64,000 nt of DNA from Mustelus asterias (GCF_964213995.1 NC_135817.1:53320001-53384000), one strand, 5' to 3'. Shown: positions 37,601 to 50,191, numbered from the stretch's first letter. Program-made: numbers and translations. Notes: generated by a model from the letters alone, not told the origin.

Positions 37601-40600
37601 CCAATCAGTGGTGAGGGTGGGCTTGACTGCTGCGGGTTGCAATAGGTCGCGGGTCCCCACAGTAGCTGGGGGAGGGGGTGCCTGCAAAAGCATGGAGGCT
37701 GGTTGAGTGCAGCAGAGGCTCTCAGAGCAGAGGGACCTGTGTATGCACAATGGAGCCATCTGTTGCTTTGAAGCAGCATTCGCACGATTTAAGCCCCACT
37801 CCCTCCCCCTACAGGCAAGAAACCGTTTTTGAATTTTTTATATAAGATCACAAATTTGGACTCACCCAAAAAATGGATCGGAAACTCTCTATTTCATCTT
37901 CGTCCTGGACTTAAAATTTTTTGCATAAGATCGCCGTCATAAGCTCCATACTGCAGTCCCTTCCCAACTGCTGTGGCAATCCAGGAGGACTAGTGTAGGG
38001 GGTTTTTCAGAGGCTAAGTATTGGGCTCAACTTTAGCTTATATAAAGATTTGCAACCACAGTTTCCTAAGTGAAAGACATTCTTTATTGAAGCTCTTGAC
38101 CCTTTTTACTTCGTCCCCATTGATGTAGACAGGGGCATGTTCTCCTTCACGCTTCTTGAAGTCGATGACAATCTCCTTCGTTTTGTTGACATTGAGGGAG
38201 AGATTATTGTTGCCACACCAGTTCACCAGATTCTCTATCTCATTCCTGTCTCTGTCTCATCATTGTTTGAGATCCGACCCACTATGGTGGTGTCGTCAGC
38301 AAATTTGAAACTCGAGTTGGAGGGGAATTTGGCCACACAGTCATAGATGTATAAGGAGTGTAGCAGGGGGCTGAGAACACAGCCTTGTTGGGCACCAATG
38401 TTGAGGATGGTTGTGGAGGAGGTGTCATGATTTATGTATTTGTGGCTACCACAGCAATGGAATCAAAATCCTGGCAATGATTAAACCTATCATATATTTA
38501 TTGCTGAAAGTTTGTTTCTGAATATTATCTTTAATCTCATTTTTACAGTTGCTGCACGGAAGAATCAAAATTATGAAGGTAGGTGCATTATATTTTTATT
38601 TAGTTTCCATTTCCCCGTAGGAATTAACTCTTTAGATTGCTGTCATAATCATAAATTAGGTGGTGGATGGAAATTTTTGAAGTGGGGAATGGCAGGTATA
38701 TTAGAGATGGGAGGGGACAAAGCAGAACTAAAATCTCAGAGTTATAGCCTTCCAAACATTTGCCAGAGAATGCAAATTATATGCGGGATCTGGTGTGAGA
38801 TAAAAATAAGATTGAAAAAAAGTGTTGCCTGACTCTGCATGAATCAGTCTGAGAAATACACCAGAATCTTGGACGGGATTCTCCCAAAAGAATTCAGATT
38901 GTCGAATTTCCATAAAAACTGGAGTAAATCCCACTGCTTTTTTCCGTGGAACTTTTCAAAATGAATCTCCCACACTCTGTGCACTGCAGAGAGCCCGAGC
39001 GTGAATCTCATTAAAAAGCTCTGGGTGGGGCCAATTCCCGCTGGAGAGGCCGGCAGCATAGCACTGCCGGCCACCGCGCATGTGCCCATCTATCATAGCG
39101 GAGATCGATGCAAGCCCAATAGCCCTGTACACCGGCCTCCCGATTGCTGACCAGCTCGATCATTGGCCAGCCCTGCGACCCCGCATCACTGGCCGTGCGA
39201 CCCCCCAGACACCCCCCAGCCGCACCCCCACCCCCCACCCACACCCTGATCGCTGGCTCCCCGGAAGTGTGCGGGCAAGCCCCAACTCCCCCCACCCTCC
39301 TGGCCCGCCTCGATCTCCCCCCGCCCCGGCAGTCCCAATCTCCCAACCACTCACCCCCACAGCCCTGATGCCGCCCCCCCCCACACCCCGCCGCAGTCCT
39401 GATCCCACCAGCAGGCCAAGCGCCCCCCCCCCCCTTCCCTTTCCACTCCAATGGCCAGTCCCAATCGCTGGCCTCCCTCCCTCTGTCACCACCGAGTGCA
39501 GAGTGGCAGCGGGACTACCCACCACTACCGATCACCCCCCCGCCCCCCCCCCCATAGGTCCTGCCCCTGCTCTGGTTCCACCCCATTGGCGCTGCCGGAT
39601 GGTTTATGGGCAGTGCCAAGTGCTCCTGGGTATTGCCACTTTGTCCGTTGGGCAGTGCCAGGGGGCCTGGCTGGCACTGCTGAGCTGATAATGCCCAGGG
39701 GGCACCTCCCCTTAACCCTGACCTCCTGGGGGCCTCCATGGCCCCCCCTTCATTCCAGCGGGCATGGGGCGCCAGCTCGGAGCTGTTGTAAACCCTGCTG
39801 GAATGAAACACTCCTGGCGGGGGGCGGAGGCTGGCGGGCCTGAAGACTTCAGTCCCGGGCCCGCTAATGCTATGCTAATGTCCAATAGCATAATTTACAC
39901 AGCTCTGCACCGACTTCTGGTGCAGAGCTGATGGCAGCGGAAATCCGGCGGCCGGAGAAGCGCAGGGGCCGTGGCACGCAGCAGGAAGCCCGCTACACGG
40001 CCTCCGCTTGAGTCTCCCGGCCCGTTGCGCTGCTGGAGCAGCACGGCGAGCTGGGTGAATCGCCCCCCCTTTGATCAAAGATTTGGAATGGGATCAGTAC
40101 AACAAAGGAGATGAAAAAAACCATGTTTATAAAATATGATGGGAATTAACAGAAAGATCCACCTGGTGCCTTCCAGCAATGACAAATCAAGACGTAGCCA
40201 CCCACACGACGTAAAAGGCCATTTGTTTCCATGATAGAGGTTTAACCTCAGAGCTCTAGGGCAGTGTAACTGAGGGAGGCACCCAGTTTCCAATGAACAA
40301 TTACTCTGCTCTCAGGATCCTCTGCAAACATCTTCAACTCTTGAGTTCTATTCAGATTTCAGACAATTCTGACTGACTTACCTTGAAAGTTACTCCTCAG
40401 GAAGCTTTAGACAGAAAAATCCTGATCAAATTCCTGGGTCACTATATAATAGACTCGTCAATCACTCACGCTGATACCCAACTAACACTCCCCCATCCCT
40501 CCTCCTAGACCCCCCAACCGAACCTGAACCAATATCAATATTAGGGCGGCACGGTAGCACAGTGGTTAGCACTGCTGCTTCACAGCTCCAGGGTCCTGGG

Positions 40601-41992
40601 TTCGATTCCCGGCTCAGGTCACTGTCTGTGTGGAGTTTGCACATTCTCCTCGTGTCTGCGTGGGTTTCCTCCGGGTGCTCCGGTTTCTTCCCACAGTCCA
40701 AAGATGTGCGGGTTAGGTTGATTGGCCAGGTTAAAAATTGCCCCTGAGATTCGTAGGTTAGTGGGATTAGCGGGTAAATATGTGGGGGTAGGGCCTGGGT
40801 GGGATTGTGGTCGGTGCAGACTCGATGGGCCGAATGGCCTCCTTCTGCACTGTAGGGTTTCTATGATTCTATGATCACTACTTGACTCCCCCTGACTCTC
40901 CCAACACCCCACCAACAGCCCCTGACCCAACCAGGCCACCCTCCCCGCCATCCCCCACCCCCACCATCCAGCTCCATGCCTCCAACACCCCCCATCTCTC
41001 CCCCGACCAGACCACCCTATCTCACCACCCTAACACCTGCCACCCTACTCGCCTAACTCCCAATCCACCTGCAACGCTGCCACCCTACCCAACTAGCACC
41101 CTATCCCTTTACAACACCCCCCAGCCCACCTCCACATTTACTCATTCCCTCAGCCACTCAAACACTAGAGTCATAGAATCATAGGCCGGAGTTCTCCCGT
41201 CCCGCCCGGCATGGGAATTATAGAGGGTGGTGGGGGGAGGATCGTGCAAAGGTCCATTGACCTCGAGCAGGATTCTCCGGTTTAGAGGCGAGCGCTGGCG
41301 GAGAATCACACCCGTAGAATCTTACAGTGCAGAAGCAGGCCATTCGGTCCATAAAGTCTACATTGACCACAATCCCACCAATGGCCTATCCCCACAACCC
41401 CATGCATTTACCCTAGCTAGTCTCCCTGACACTAAGGGGAAATTTAGCATGGTCAATCCACCTAACCCGGACATCTTTGGATAACACGCTGGAAAATTGT
41501 TTAAATGCCCCAGACTTTCAGTGTTGATGAACACTTACCAGAATACAGTAGCTAGTACTGTAAAAATGGGGTATGGTTCATCTCTCCCCAATCATCCAGC
41601 ATGACAAAGAAACAGTTGGATTGAAGGTACATTCCGCATTTCTGAAGAAGCTCGGATCAGAAGGGTATATTTACTATTTGAGATATTATTTATAAGTCTA
41701 TATTTACTCATTGAGATATATCTGGAAAATAATAAAGTGTGATGAGCTGTAATCTTGTGATGAACCTGCAGTCCCTCCCAATTCAAGTGGAATATGCTAC
41801 TGCAAACTGGACTAATAACAAATTGTCAATTTTCTTTAGTTTACTCCAGCTACAGCTACTGAATTATTCTTTACCCAATGTGGTTGTATTGCAGAACCCA
41901 TGACCATTCTGAACAATCTCCAGTCAGTCGTCCGCTATATTCTGTTTGTTCTGCTCATGTGTTACTTCATACTTGTTGAAACATTCTACTAA
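34627..41992 (+). CDS. Single V(J)-type Ig-domain type I membrane receptor, NKp30/NCR3-like; exons 34627-34660, 34790-35143, 38549-38578, 41895-41992; 171 aa
   Basis: Four exons joined by phase-1 GT-AG introns give leader, V domain, stalk and TM containing Arg; stop TAA at 41990-41992. Confidence 0.8.
34790..35143 (+). CDS. Ig receptor exon 2 (V-set domain with germline J-like G strand)
   Basis: QSPP..L.EG..AHFKC, SIYW, LRIKDLHISDTGMYYC, GSGSHLIV; three N-glycosylation sequons (NGS, NIS, NIT); aatag| and G|gtaagg. Confidence 0.92.
36010..36890 (-). pseudogene. Degenerate viral envelope/fusion glycoprotein C-terminal half (endogenous viral element)
   Basis: Across stops and frameshifts: Cys-containing ectodomain, helical segment, NWWE, TM, CCYQRR, YAPI, followed by a PPT-like AAAAAGGGAGAAGGGG. 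Confidence 0.55.
37135..37940. mobile_element. Non-autonomous GC-rich Harbinger-type element
   Basis: Termini GGGGAAGGTCTTAC / TAAGATCGCC; internal GGCACTGCCC/GGGCAGTGCC repeats like those in 38871-40068. Confidence 0.5.
38085..38425 (-). mobile_element. Rex1/Babar LINE fragment
   Basis: NWCGNNNLSLNVNKTKEIVIDF motif. Confidence 0.8.
38549..38578 (+). CDS. Ig receptor exon 3 (30-nt stalk exon, VAARKNQNYE)
   Basis: Strong acceptor ctcatttttacag| and donor G|gtaggt, phase 1-1, in non-repeat sequence. Confidence 0.65.
38871..40068. mobile_element. Non-autonomous Harbinger-type DNA transposon (about 1.2 kb)
   Basis: TIRs GGACGGGATTCTCCC / GGGTGAATCGCCCCC, 3-bp TSD CTT; paralogue at 62182-63213. 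Confidence 0.7.
40544..40875 (+). mobile_element. Full-length, young HE1-type V-SINE
   Basis: Intact A and B boxes, CpGs retained, (CTATGATT)n tail. Confidence 0.9.
41184..41313. mobile_element. Harbinger-type MITE inserted in a SINE tail
   Basis: TIRs GGCCGGAGTTCTCC / GGAGAATCACACCC; TSD ATA/GTA. Confidence 0.7.
41895..41992 (+). CDS. Ig receptor exon 4 (transmembrane, EPMTILNNLQSVVRYILFVLLMCYFILVETFY*)
   Basis: Phase-1 acceptor gtattgcag|; hydrophobic helix with N-terminal Arg; donor cg|gtacgt at 42005/42006. Confidence 0.75.
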
Positions 41993-42162
41993 ACATGAAA
42001 GGACGGTACGTAAATATGCCATATTCAAAATTATTCCTTATATGTTCAGCGGTTTTCATTCTTTCATGTTACTTTATGTTAATTTGAGGAAATGGCAGAT
42101 ATAAACTCTAATTTCTGAAGTACCATGGTATCAAAGCCCATATCCCATCCTTCTCCATTACT

Positions 42163-42485
42163 GGCATGGTGGTACAGTGGTTAGCACTGTTGCCTCACAG
42201 CGCCAGAGATCCAGGTTCAATTCCGGCCCCTGGTCACTGTCTGTGTGGAGTTTGCACATTCTCCCCGTGTCTGCGTGAATTTCCTCCGAGTGCTCTGGTT
42301 TCCTCCCACACTCCATAATGCGTGAGCTAGGTTAATTGGCCATGCTAAATTGCTCCTTAGCGTCAGGAGGGACTAGCAGGGTAATAAGTTGGGTTACGGG
42401 TACAGGACCTGGATGGGATTTTGGTTGGTGCAGATGTGATGGGCCAAATGGCCTCCTTCTGCACTGGAGAGATTCAATGATTCAT
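42163..42485 (+). mobile_element. HE1-type V-SINE
   Basis: Head, V domain and CR1-type tail. Confidence 0.85.
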
Positions 42486-42851
42486 TACGCTTCTTCTGTT
42501 ATCTTGCTCTGTCTGTAATTCTGCCCTTCTTTGATTCTCTTCATACCATACTGCATATCTCCAGCAAAGACTGCTCCTCATATTTCTGTGGAGTTTGCCG
42601 AAGATCGATTCTTATTTCCTTATGTAGATGTTTTTCATCTACATGGCTCCTCTCAGTAACATCAACTAAGGGTATGGGGGTATCTTTCTGTCCTGACAAC
42701 ATCCAGCTCTATCTTGTTGCCACTTTCTTCAACCTTGTATCCAGCTCTACGCAATGAGACTGTTACGTCTGACATTGGATCACAATTTCCTCCCACTGAA
42801 TTTCTGAAAGACTGGTAAAGTCCAGTTGGCCTCTGAAAATCAGCCTTAATA

Positions 42852-43117
42852 GTGGCACAGTGATTAGCACTGCTGCCTCACAGCGCCAGAGACCCGGGTT
42901 CGATTCCTGGCTTGGGTCACTGTCTGTGTGGAGTTTGCATGTTCTCCCCATGTCTGGGTGGGTTTCCTCCAGATGCTCTGGTTTCTTCCCACAGTCTAAA
43001 AGATGTGTTGGTTAGATGCATTAGTGCCGGAGTGTGGTGACTAGGGGAATTTCACAGTAACTTCATTGCAGTGTTAATGTAAGCCTTACTTGTGACTAAT
43101 ATATTAACTTTAACTTT
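42852..43117 (+). mobile_element. Type-B V-SINE
   Basis: Head plus type-B tail. Confidence 0.8.
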
Positions 43118-43434
43118 TAATCACCGCAATTGGTTACCAACACTTAATGGTGGGTAGTCCTTCCGACCCGAGGCCCATCCCAAGGAAAATGGCCAGGAGG
43201 CCGTTAAATCGAATTTCCGTTCCTGGGGGACTCGATGAAAATTCAGTCCCCTCTCATTGAGGTAGCTTTAAGACAGCCAGAACCTCTTGTTCCCTCGCTG
43301 AGCACCTTTTCAACAATGCCCCTATCCTCCACTCATCCAAATAGATTTTGGCCAATTAAAGCCCCCAATAACTTACAATACCCGGAACCGTCCTCCACTC
43401 TAAACAATGTGTTTTCCCTTCTTCCCTCTAAATA

Positions 43435-44060
43435 AGAATAAGATAAGAAATAAATGTAGCAGTAGGCTTTAATGTTCCATCAAGTCTGCTCCACCATTCA
43501 CGAAAATCATGGCTGAATTTCTACCTCACTTTCCCCCCCTCTATCCATATCCTTTAATTAAATCCCTGATTCTCTTCATGCTCAAACATCCATTGATCTC
43601 CACCTTGAATATACTCATTGAGCATCCACAAACCTCCGGGGTAGGAAATTCCAAAAATTCCCAACTCTTTGAGTGAAGATATTCCTCAGCATCTCAATCC
43701 TAAATGACCAGCTCCTTATCCTGAAACTATGACCTCTGGTCCTAGCTTTGTTGAGTGGGCAGAGGGGGAAACAGCCTCGCAGCATCCACCCTGTCAAGCC
43801 CTCTAAGAATTTTATACAGTTCAATGAGCATCAAAGTGAGAAGCAGGAGCAGGCATTTCAGCCCCTGGAGCCTGCTTCACCAATCAATACAATCCTGGCT
43901 GATCTCATCTTGGCCTCAACTCCACTCTCCTGTCCGCTCACCACAGCTCTTCAAACCCTTACTAATTGAAAATCCATCCACCTCTCCCTTAAATTTACTC
44001 AATATCCCGGCATCTACCACGCTCTGGGGTAGTGAATTCCACAGAGTCACGACTCTTTGT
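43435..44060 (-). mobile_element. Two CR1 3' fragments
   Basis: ARTRGHSFRIR..RNIFTQRV motifs and CR1 tails. Confidence 0.75.
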
Positions 44061-44286
44061 ACCAGCAATTTATGTTGGATTTAAGAAAAAAATAAAAAGA
44101 TTCAGGTTGATTCTCTTAGATTCTCTAAAAATTATCTTATTTTTCCCACACTCACCTTAACTCTCAAGCACTCCGTCCCTGAGACCATCCCTCGCTCCTC
44201 TAAACTGCAGAGAACATAAACCCATTCTACTTATCCTCGAAGGACAACCCTCTTAACCCAGAAATCCCGCAGGAGGTTTGACCTTC

Positions 44287-45096
44287 ATTGGAACTTACCA
44301 TTCTATCAAGAAACCATTAAGAAATGAACACAATATACAAGGGACTTCTACATCGGTATCGGTTGTTCAGTCCCTTCTAGTGACAACAGCACAGTACTGT
44401 GTGGAGACAGAAAAAATAGGCAATAGTGCTTATTGTCACTTTAAACTATGTGATCCATTCAAAACCATCATAGCACCACTTGCAGACATAACACCACAAA
44501 AATGCTTCATTGACTGAAATGTGTGAAACTACACAAAGGAGAATCCTTCTCCCCTCTCCTCCACCTCTTCATTACTAATTATTCTCACTTTTTCTCTCCT
44601 CATCCATTCCTTGCTATTTCCCCATCTTGCCATTTGCCACATTTCCCCTTGCCATCTTGCTCCAACGCATTAATCCCTGCCCTCTAACACTTGCTATTGT
44701 GAATAGTACTCTTAATATCCTAATCACCAATGGAGATGGGTTAGTTATGTATTAAAAATGAGAGAGATCAAACGATTGCATGTAAAACAACTTGCATTTA
44801 GAATGTCTTTCACCACTTCAGGATATTTCAGAACTTTTAAAATGTGTGCAATGCCTGTTATGTCTGTATGTGATACTATAGTAATAGATCGGATAGTTTC
44901 AAATGATAATAAGCACCATTACTTATCCATTCTGCCATTCCGTGTCCAATCAGTGCTGCATAGACATCACTAGAAGGAACTGCAAAAAGTGATGCTTTCT
45001 CAGGGTAAACTCACTGAAGAGAAGTCAGATCTGCAAAGTTCTTTGTATATTGTGTTCATTTCTTAATGGTTTCTTGATAGAACACTAAGTTCCAAT
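44287..45096. repeat. 61-bp inverted repeat with 40-bp perfect core (44301-44340 / 45043-45082)
   Basis: Direct comparison of the two arms. Confidence 0.9.
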
Positions 45097-46048
45097 TAAG
45101 ATAAAATATCCAGAGGAATTCTTCCTCCCAATCATTGAGCATGTTTATTTTTGCCAAAAAAAGCAAAATCAGAACCTCACCAAGAGCTCACCCACTGTCC
45201 AGATCAAAATCCAGCAGCTCCCCAACACTGAGAGCAAAGTCCCCTTTTCGCACATTATTCTCTTCCCTTCCTTTCCCTATCCAAGTAATTCTCTTTTTTT
45301 TCTCTATTCTTTCTTCCTCAACTTCCCAAGCTGCACCTAATTATGATCCCAATGTTTATCTGTGCTTGATCTATAAAATGCCCTTGACCTTGACTCATCA
45401 AATGCAATGTCATAGAAAAATGGCCACTCGAATTTAAAATCCTCGGTCATCTTTCGTTTCCTGCAGTCTTCCCCAACCTCCTTCTACGACATCCTCCAGC
45501 TTTACATTTGCTCCTGCACCCTTTGACCCTTATGCTCTGAACTCTCTGCACTTCTCTTCATCCACCATGGGGAGCAGAGCCTTCAGTTCCCTCAGCCTAA
45601 ATATCTGGAGATTCCCCTCTAATGTCTTTAATCTCCCCATCATCTCTCTCCACCTCTAAAAATATTTTTTGAATCTACCTTTTTGATTCAGCTTTTGGCT
45701 ACTCTTCATGCACATTCTTTTTTTCTTTTTGTTAAGCAGCTTGGGATGTTTTACAACATTCATGATTCTCATAACAAGTCAAATCAAAGTTATTAACATG
45801 GTACTTATACTGAAAATTTAATATGATCATTTACAAAAAATATTATTTGGACCTTCAGGAACAGAGAAGTCAATCTTAACTCGACCCACGTGTTGGAATA
45901 ATGGCTCAGCAGTTAGTTACCCAGCTAACTTATTTATCCTGCAGTCAGTGGAATCGACCTTGCATGATTGTCTTCCCCAGAGCATTCCCAGAATGAGGAA
46001 AGTTGTTTCTAAGCTGTTATTTTTCTATGTTATTGCTCTTCTTTACAG

Positions 46049-46350
46049 CAGGATCACCAAGGAAATCAGTACTTTTGATTTTATACATCATGAATATTAA
46101 AATGATTCTTAAATGCTCCATACTTAGGGAAACAATACTAGTAAACAAATTAATAGACATCAATTTATTATCAATTTAATTACATTACATATTAATAATT
46201 GTGGATACAATTTACATAAGTCATTTGGTTGGCAGTAATTAAACTTGCTGTGTTGTAATTATACTAATCATGAATAAATGTTATGTCTGAAATTATTTTT
46301 AATGTTACTTGTTGATACATTCATATTTATCAATGATGTCAATAAATAAA
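46049..46350 (+). other. Probable terminal (3' UTR or tail) exon of the Ig receptor gene
   Basis: Strong acceptor gctcttctttacag|cag; AT-rich downstream sequence with AATAAA at 46273 and 46341/46345. Confidence 0.5.
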
Positions 46351-47429
46351 GTTACAGCCAAATTAAAACATTTGTCGTATTTTTCTTATACCTGGGATGT
46401 TGTTCATAAAAGATTAAATGGAGATCACACTACGATTTGCACGCCAATGACAGAATACTCTAACAATTAATGAATGAATTGAGGGCAGCCTTGTGAGTGG
46501 AATGGATCTTTCTAAGGTATTGTGCTCATACCTTGGACTGTCTTGTGTGCACTTTAAATAATAACACAGACAGAATGACAATAATTGAACTTAGCACTTC
46601 ATTTTCACTCCCATTTGCTACTCACTCATTTCTGCTGAAAATGGGTCTAGATATAAGACAAGGACAGGATATTTCTCAATACTAAGCTTGTTCTTCCATA
46701 GTCCATAACCCACCAACCAATAATCACAAATGAAACAACAATTAGACAAAAAGGAAGGAAATTTCTAACTAAAGGGAACAGATTTCAAGGAAATTTACCA
46801 GCAATGACACAACCAAGGTGTCTTCCAACACCTTCCAAATCCACAACCACTACCATCTAGAATGACCAGCACAGCAAATTCATGGGAACACCACCACTTG
46901 GATGTCCCCTCCAAGTCACTCACCATCCTGACTTGGAACCATGTCACCGTTCCTTCACTGTCGTTGGGTCAGAATCCTGGAACTCCCTCCCTAGCAGCAC
47001 TGTGGGTGTGCCTACATCACATGTACTACAGGGGTTTAAGAAGGCAGCTCACTACCCCTTCTCAAGGGCAAATAGTGATGGCCTAGAATAAATGCTGACC
47101 TAGTACAAATTCCTTTCAATGCAAATTGAGTTTCCACAATTCACTGCATTAGTTTTTAAAATGGGCTAGTTCTTCTGGTATCAGAGGCTGCAATGCACTG
47201 AAATTAAGTTTTGTTACATGTCAGGACACTGAAGGAGAAGTCCTAATGTGCGTACAGGTGCTGTAATTACCCGGGAAATTTAAGCTTCCAATGGACTGAT
47301 TTGCGTTGTCCCAGACCCTCCAGGTTTTACATTGATTTTGGGTTGGAAACTTGCATTAGGTGCTTGCTATTTATCTGGATACTTACCCTAGAATTATTAC
47401 ACGTCATTTAATCTCTGGTCTAACTCAGT

Positions 47430-48135
47430 AATTAACAGCACAATTCAACCCACCACCATCCAACCTCCCACCCACCCCCAACTGCACCTTCAACCCAACT
47501 ATTGCAAGAATCTGAGCCCATTACTCCCCCGCCCTAACTCAACCATCCCAAAATACTGTGGATGAAGAAAATGTTGGATAAACTCATCAGATCTGGCAGC
47601 ATGAATCTAAATGATCCTTCTGTAGAATATTAGTGATGATCTATACAGAGAATGCTCTGTATTAAAGATGTCCCCCAGGATGTACCCATGAATCAAACAT
47701 TTTCACCAAAGAACGAAGTGACAGTCAACAGAAAAATCAACTTTCTACCAGAAACAAATCAGCTCATAGGAATCTTTGCTGACAGTAATATCTTGTTTTG
47801 TAGTTTCTAGTCTGTCCACACAGATCCAATTTGCACTCCTAGCTTGGTGCCCCCTCCATATCGACTTCCACTGAACTTTAATGATGTAAGTTGGAACAGT
47901 GGGAAGATGTGGGTGGCTTGGAGGTTTGGTCCCAACATTTAATTCTCCACACTGTCGGATCTGCTGAGTTTATCCAGCACTTTCTGTTTTTATTCCAGAT
48001 CTTCTGTATCCACAGTATTTTGGGATAGTTGGGTTAGGGCGGTAATTGGTTGGGGTTGGGGAGTAATTGGGTCAGGTTCTTGCGGTAATTGGATTGAGGT
48101 TGGTTGTGGTGATGGATTGAGTCATGCTGTTAATT
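47430..48135. repeat. Imperfect inverted repeat of about 170-185 bp (47430-47599 / 47952-48135), Penelope-like inner ends
   Basis: CCCAAAATACTGTGGAT vs ATCCACAGTATTTTGGG; AATTAACAGCA vs TGCTGTTAATT. Confidence 0.75.
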
Positions 48136-48740
48136 GGGGGATTGGTTAATACTTTTCCCTACCTTGACACATTCCTAGAACTTTCTATTCTTCAACCAGT
48201 GTCTTGTCCATTTTCACCATTAAATTTCAACCTGACAGTTTGAGCTAACACTTACGTGCTAATGATTGTGAAGATGTTGAAAAGAAAAATAGTAGATTGG
48301 TAATGGTGGCGGTGATAGTGGTGATCAAGGATACGTGTACCTTGTAAAGGAAAACTTCCCTGTATTACTACCTCAAAAAGGTTAAGGACATTGGTCAGTC
48401 AGGATATTCCTGCTATCTATTACATTGCTCCCAACAAAATATCCTCCAGTTTGCTCCTTTGAGTAAATTCTTGATATTTCTCTTGATTAGAATGTGGCAA
48501 AAATTAGTGCAAATGTAATGGAAAATCTACTGTATTGGAAGCTCCAAATTCGCATAACCTTGCTGCCGAATGTGTAACATTAGGTTTGACACAGGATTTT
48601 GGCTTGAAGTGCCATGGCTTCCAGGAAGGGAATTGGATGCAGCTGACAGCTGAAATGTACAACATTGTACATTGTACGTTGTGATGCACCCATTCTCCTT
48701 TAATGGGTATGTGTTTTGGTTGCACCAAGAGCACAATACC

Positions 48741-49040
48741 GGTGGCATGGTGGCACAGTGGTTAGCACTGCTGCCTCACAGCGCCAGGGACCTGGGTTCA
48801 ATTCCTGGCTTGGGTCACTGTCTGTGCAGAACTTGCATTCTCCCCTTATCTGAGTGGGTTTCCTACAGATGCTCTGGTTTCCTCCCACAGTCCGAGCGTT
48901 GTGTTGGTTAGGTGCATTGGCCATGCTAAATTCTCCCTCAGTGTACCCGAACAAGTGCTGGAGTGTGGTGGCTAGGAGATTTTCACAATAACTTCATTCC
49001 ATTGTTAATATAAGCCTACTTGTGACACTAATATATAAAC
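48741..49040 (+). mobile_element. Type-B V-SINE (copy 1 only)
   Basis: Head plus type-B tail; absent from copy 2. Confidence 0.85.
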
Positions 49041-50191
49041 TGCTGGAAAACAGAAATTAAAACAGTTAGCAATTCTCCACGATTTAGGGTATTATCAGTA
49101 TTGTCAAACAATTTTCACTTTCGTTTCTCTTTCTGTAACTGTACAGTTTCTCATTTGCTCACTTGGGTCACAGTACATTTAAAGTAAATAATTTCACATA
49201 TATATATGTTTGATTATTGGCATTCTAAACTTATTGAATAAATTCTGCACTTAAAGTCGTGTTTTGGATGCATTCAGTTATATTTATATGTACAATAACT
49301 TATCACACAAATCTTAGCATCAATCCAATGATTAACTGATCCGTCACTATACTTAACTATTCAAGTAATTGGGACTTGTAAATATCTATTTGATTAGAAA
49401 TGCACTAAAAGTTGCCTATATTCACACTGAAATGTTGTATCCTGTTTTAAACCCAGATTTCCTGTCAGTTATGTTTAAGGGGAGGTCCAAACTTCTAACC
49501 TGTAAAACTTCCTTCTGCCTCGAAACAAGTGACTAGCTGTAAAGCAGCTTTTCAATAGATGCTTGCACTCAACTCCGGACTAGCACCTCACCCAGCTCTG
49601 TTTGTGTTGCTGTTTGTACAGAGTTGTAGGATTCGCTGTTGTGCATTGATATTGAACAGGATTAAGCAGCAATGCATGTCAATGTCACCCTAAAATGATA
49701 AGAATGGGGAACTCGCTCCCAAAGGGAATGTTGAAGTGAATAGGATAAATGCGTTTAAGGGGAAAATAGACAGCAGATGAGGGAAAAGTGAATAGAGTCA
49801 GAATGGTGGGATTGGCTGATTAAAGATGTGAGGATGCTAAAGTGGAGCATAAACCCTGAATGCACTGGTTGATATGGATGGCTGGTTTCTGTATTGTATA
49901 TTCCGTGTAACTCACCATAGGCTATTTCTTGTTTTGATTTTATAACTCGCTTACATCTCATCTCTGGCCTTCAGCTAATATTCAGGAGTTTTGTCTTTTT
50001 TTGTTTACTCCATCCTTAAAGTTACAAAGCCAATGCTCAGAATGGACTGGGCAAACCCAAATCCACTCCTTGTTTGCTCCAAAAATCAAATTCAAAATCC
50101 AATTGAATCCAGTTGGTGGTCCCCGCAAGAGAGACCAACAAGATCCAAGCTGACAAGATAAGACATTTCACCCCATCTTGGGCTTGATCTG

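Noticed and set aside
38512-38832. 106-aa ORF as a coding region
   Set aside because: Only 38549-38578 is bounded by splice signals; the rest is intron read-through.
39011-39843. Several overlapping Pro/Gly-rich ORFs of 100-200 aa (similar ones at 62323-62699)
   Set aside because: They lie inside GC-rich TIR elements, are low complexity, are open on both strands and have no splice or domain support.
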